From: Antechinus flavipes
Lineage: Eukaryota
NCBI RefSeq assembly: GCF_016432865.1
Contig: NC_067401.1
Coordinates: forward strand, 27,776,001-27,840,000
Reading direction: 5' to 3'
DNA length: 64,000 nucleotides
The notes under the pieces are model-generated. The model was not told the origin of the DNA. It was given only the letters and a program-made list of their open reading frames with translations, and ran no database searches. Shown here piece after piece: positions 62,054 through 64,000 of this stretch. The position numbers and the translations under genes are program-made. The first letter of the stretch is position 1, and each line of letters starts with the position of its first letter.

Positions 62054-64000
62054 CTGAACGGGGGCAGCAGCGTCAGACCCTGGTCCCGGAGCCCGAGAGC
62101 GCGCCTGGCGCAGACCCAGCGTCCCAGCAAGGCCCTCGCACCCGGGAGGGGGCTCTGCATTCAGACCCCACCTGGTGCTACGGCCATGGGCAAGCCCCCG
62201 GAACTCTGAGGAACTCCTCACCGGTGAAAGGGGAACAACAGGGACACGTGTGTGGGCTCCCCGGAGGCTGCTGTGGGGAAAGTGGCCGGGAAACTCGGCA
62301 TCCGGGGCGGCCCTGGTGGGCGCAGGCTCAGAATTCCCACCAGAGCCCGGGAGAGAGCCCGCGCTCCCGGCCAGCCAACCTCGGAATCTCCGGTCCCGGG
62401 CGCCGCGCCGAGGCCCACCCCGGCCCAAGCTGCCTCCCCGCCAACGCGGGCAACGCCTTCACCAGGGCAAGATGCATGCGGGAGGTGCTTTTAATGCGAC
62501 CATAGAGCGGGGAGGGCTCTGGAGGAAACCGAGGCCCTTGTACGAGGTGACAGGTAGGAAGGTTAGAGGTGGGCTCTGATCACATTTCCAGGCACAAAGT
62601 TAGCATGAAACTATGGCAACCACCACAATCCCCCTCCGGGCAGGAGCAGCGGGGGCCTTGTCCAAGCTGGCTGGGCTGGTCCTCGGGCCACGGAGGCTCA
62701 GTCAGGCCTTCCTTGGGCCCTGGAAGAGTCTGCCAGAGTCTGTCGGGTCCCATCCCCCACCCCCAGAACAGGAACAGGGCACGAGGGGCGCTGGAGAAAA
62801 AAGGCCCCCGAGAAGCCCTGAGCGGCCGGGCCGAGCTCCCAATGCTCCCCGCACACATCGGCCAGACTTGCAGAGGAAAGGAGCCAGTGGGTGTCCGCGC
62901 CATATATGGCTCTGTTTGAGGGTCATTTCTAAACACCCCCCGGCAGCGGATTCCAGAAGCCCATAATTCTCCAGAGTTGGCGTCTGTTGACAAAATGGCT
63001 CCTGAAGCCCTCCGGGCCGGGCCCCCCTCGCCCTCTCGCATGCTCGGAAAGCCGTTTCCCATTTACTGTCTCCCCACGACAGCCCCGTGAGGGAGGAGGG
63101 GGCCACCTGGTCTGTGACCCGGACACGGCGCCCTGAGCTCCAGGAACCTCGTTGTTAAAGGGGGCTCCCTCCGGGCGGCCGAGGGGCCCACGGAGACCAC
63201 GAGGGCAAAGCCCCGGCTACGCAGCGACCACTTCTCCCTGTTCTGGGCACTAACCCTAAGGCTCAGAGTCCGAGGAAGCCTCCCCTGACAGCTAATCAGC
63301 ATGTGCCCTCTGGCCTTCTCTGCCCCAAGCCTGCGCTGAGCGCTGGGGACAGTCACCCACTCTTAGTCACCGGCTGTGACCCGCAGCAGGAGCCCCCACT
63401 CCTCCCAGGTCACCCCTGCCCCTAAACCTGGAATCTGACGGGGGAGAAAGGGAGCCTGAGGGGCTTCCCACAGAGCAGCCCTGAGCCCAGGGGGTGACAC
63501 GGGGCAGCGGTGCCCAGGTGGGACCTCCCAGGTGTCCCCGACATCCCTCCCCTTCCCCTCCCAGGTAGCCATCCCCCACAACAAAGAGAGGGGAGCGGAT
63601 TCAGCAAAATGAACTCGCAGCCTCCTGTTTTTTCTGGGGGCCCAGGGAGGCTTTTTCCATTTGCAGTGTTGTAAAGGCTGCAGGAAGTCCCGAATCCAGA
63701 TCTAGCCTCGGACAGTGACTAGCAGGGGACCCTGGCCAGGCCACAGAACTGCTCCTGCCTCAGTTCACTCAATTGTAAAATGGGGCTCAAAACCAAACTT
63801 CCCTCCCAGGGTGCTTAGGAAGATCAAAAAAGAGAAGTTTAGTAAAGAGCACACTGTGCCTGGAATACCCAAGGGGCTGTGAGCTGTTATTTATTTTTAC
63901 TGTTGTTGTGATTATTATAACTATTCTCCTCTTGGTCCTACTCCCTTTTACTCCATATTGGTTCCTACTAGTTTACTTTTAAATAAAGATTGGCCCAAAC

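Noticed and set aside
41366-63607. Many 100-430-aa Pro/Gly/Arg-rich ORFs on both strands
   Set aside because: Expected from stop-codon scarcity at very high GC; only the NXN exons have splice signals and homology.

Overview
Mammalian genomic DNA, most likely from a marsupial (probably a dasyurid; inferred from Mar1/WSINE-type CORE-SINEs and marsupial-type L1 3' ends). It carries the gene block that is syntenic with human 17p13.3: TLCD3A/FAM57A (+, last 3 exons), GEMIN4 (-, complete), an intact DBIL5/ELP acyl-CoA-binding retrogene (+), GLOD4 (-, 9 exons, complete), MRM3/RNMTL1 (+, 4 exons, complete) and NXN (-, exons 3-8). I read all exon boundaries by hand from GT/AG sites and frame continuity. 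There are three N gaps and the usual interspersed repeats (L1, L3/CR1, SINEs, a hAT MITE, a solo LTR). I found no convincing novel multi-gene system. The best unexplained signals are: (1) a 174-bp, 171/174-identical inverted duplication of apparently unique sequence just upstream of NXN exon 6; (2) a 54-bp coding tandem repeat in MRM3 exon 1; (3) an intact DBIL5 that probably uses the GEMIN4 divergent promoter, with a nearby AGGTCA/DR0 array; (4) a steep GC3 gradient across about 2 kb of GLOD4. Gene identities rest on my recollection of the orthologous proteins, not on a database search.
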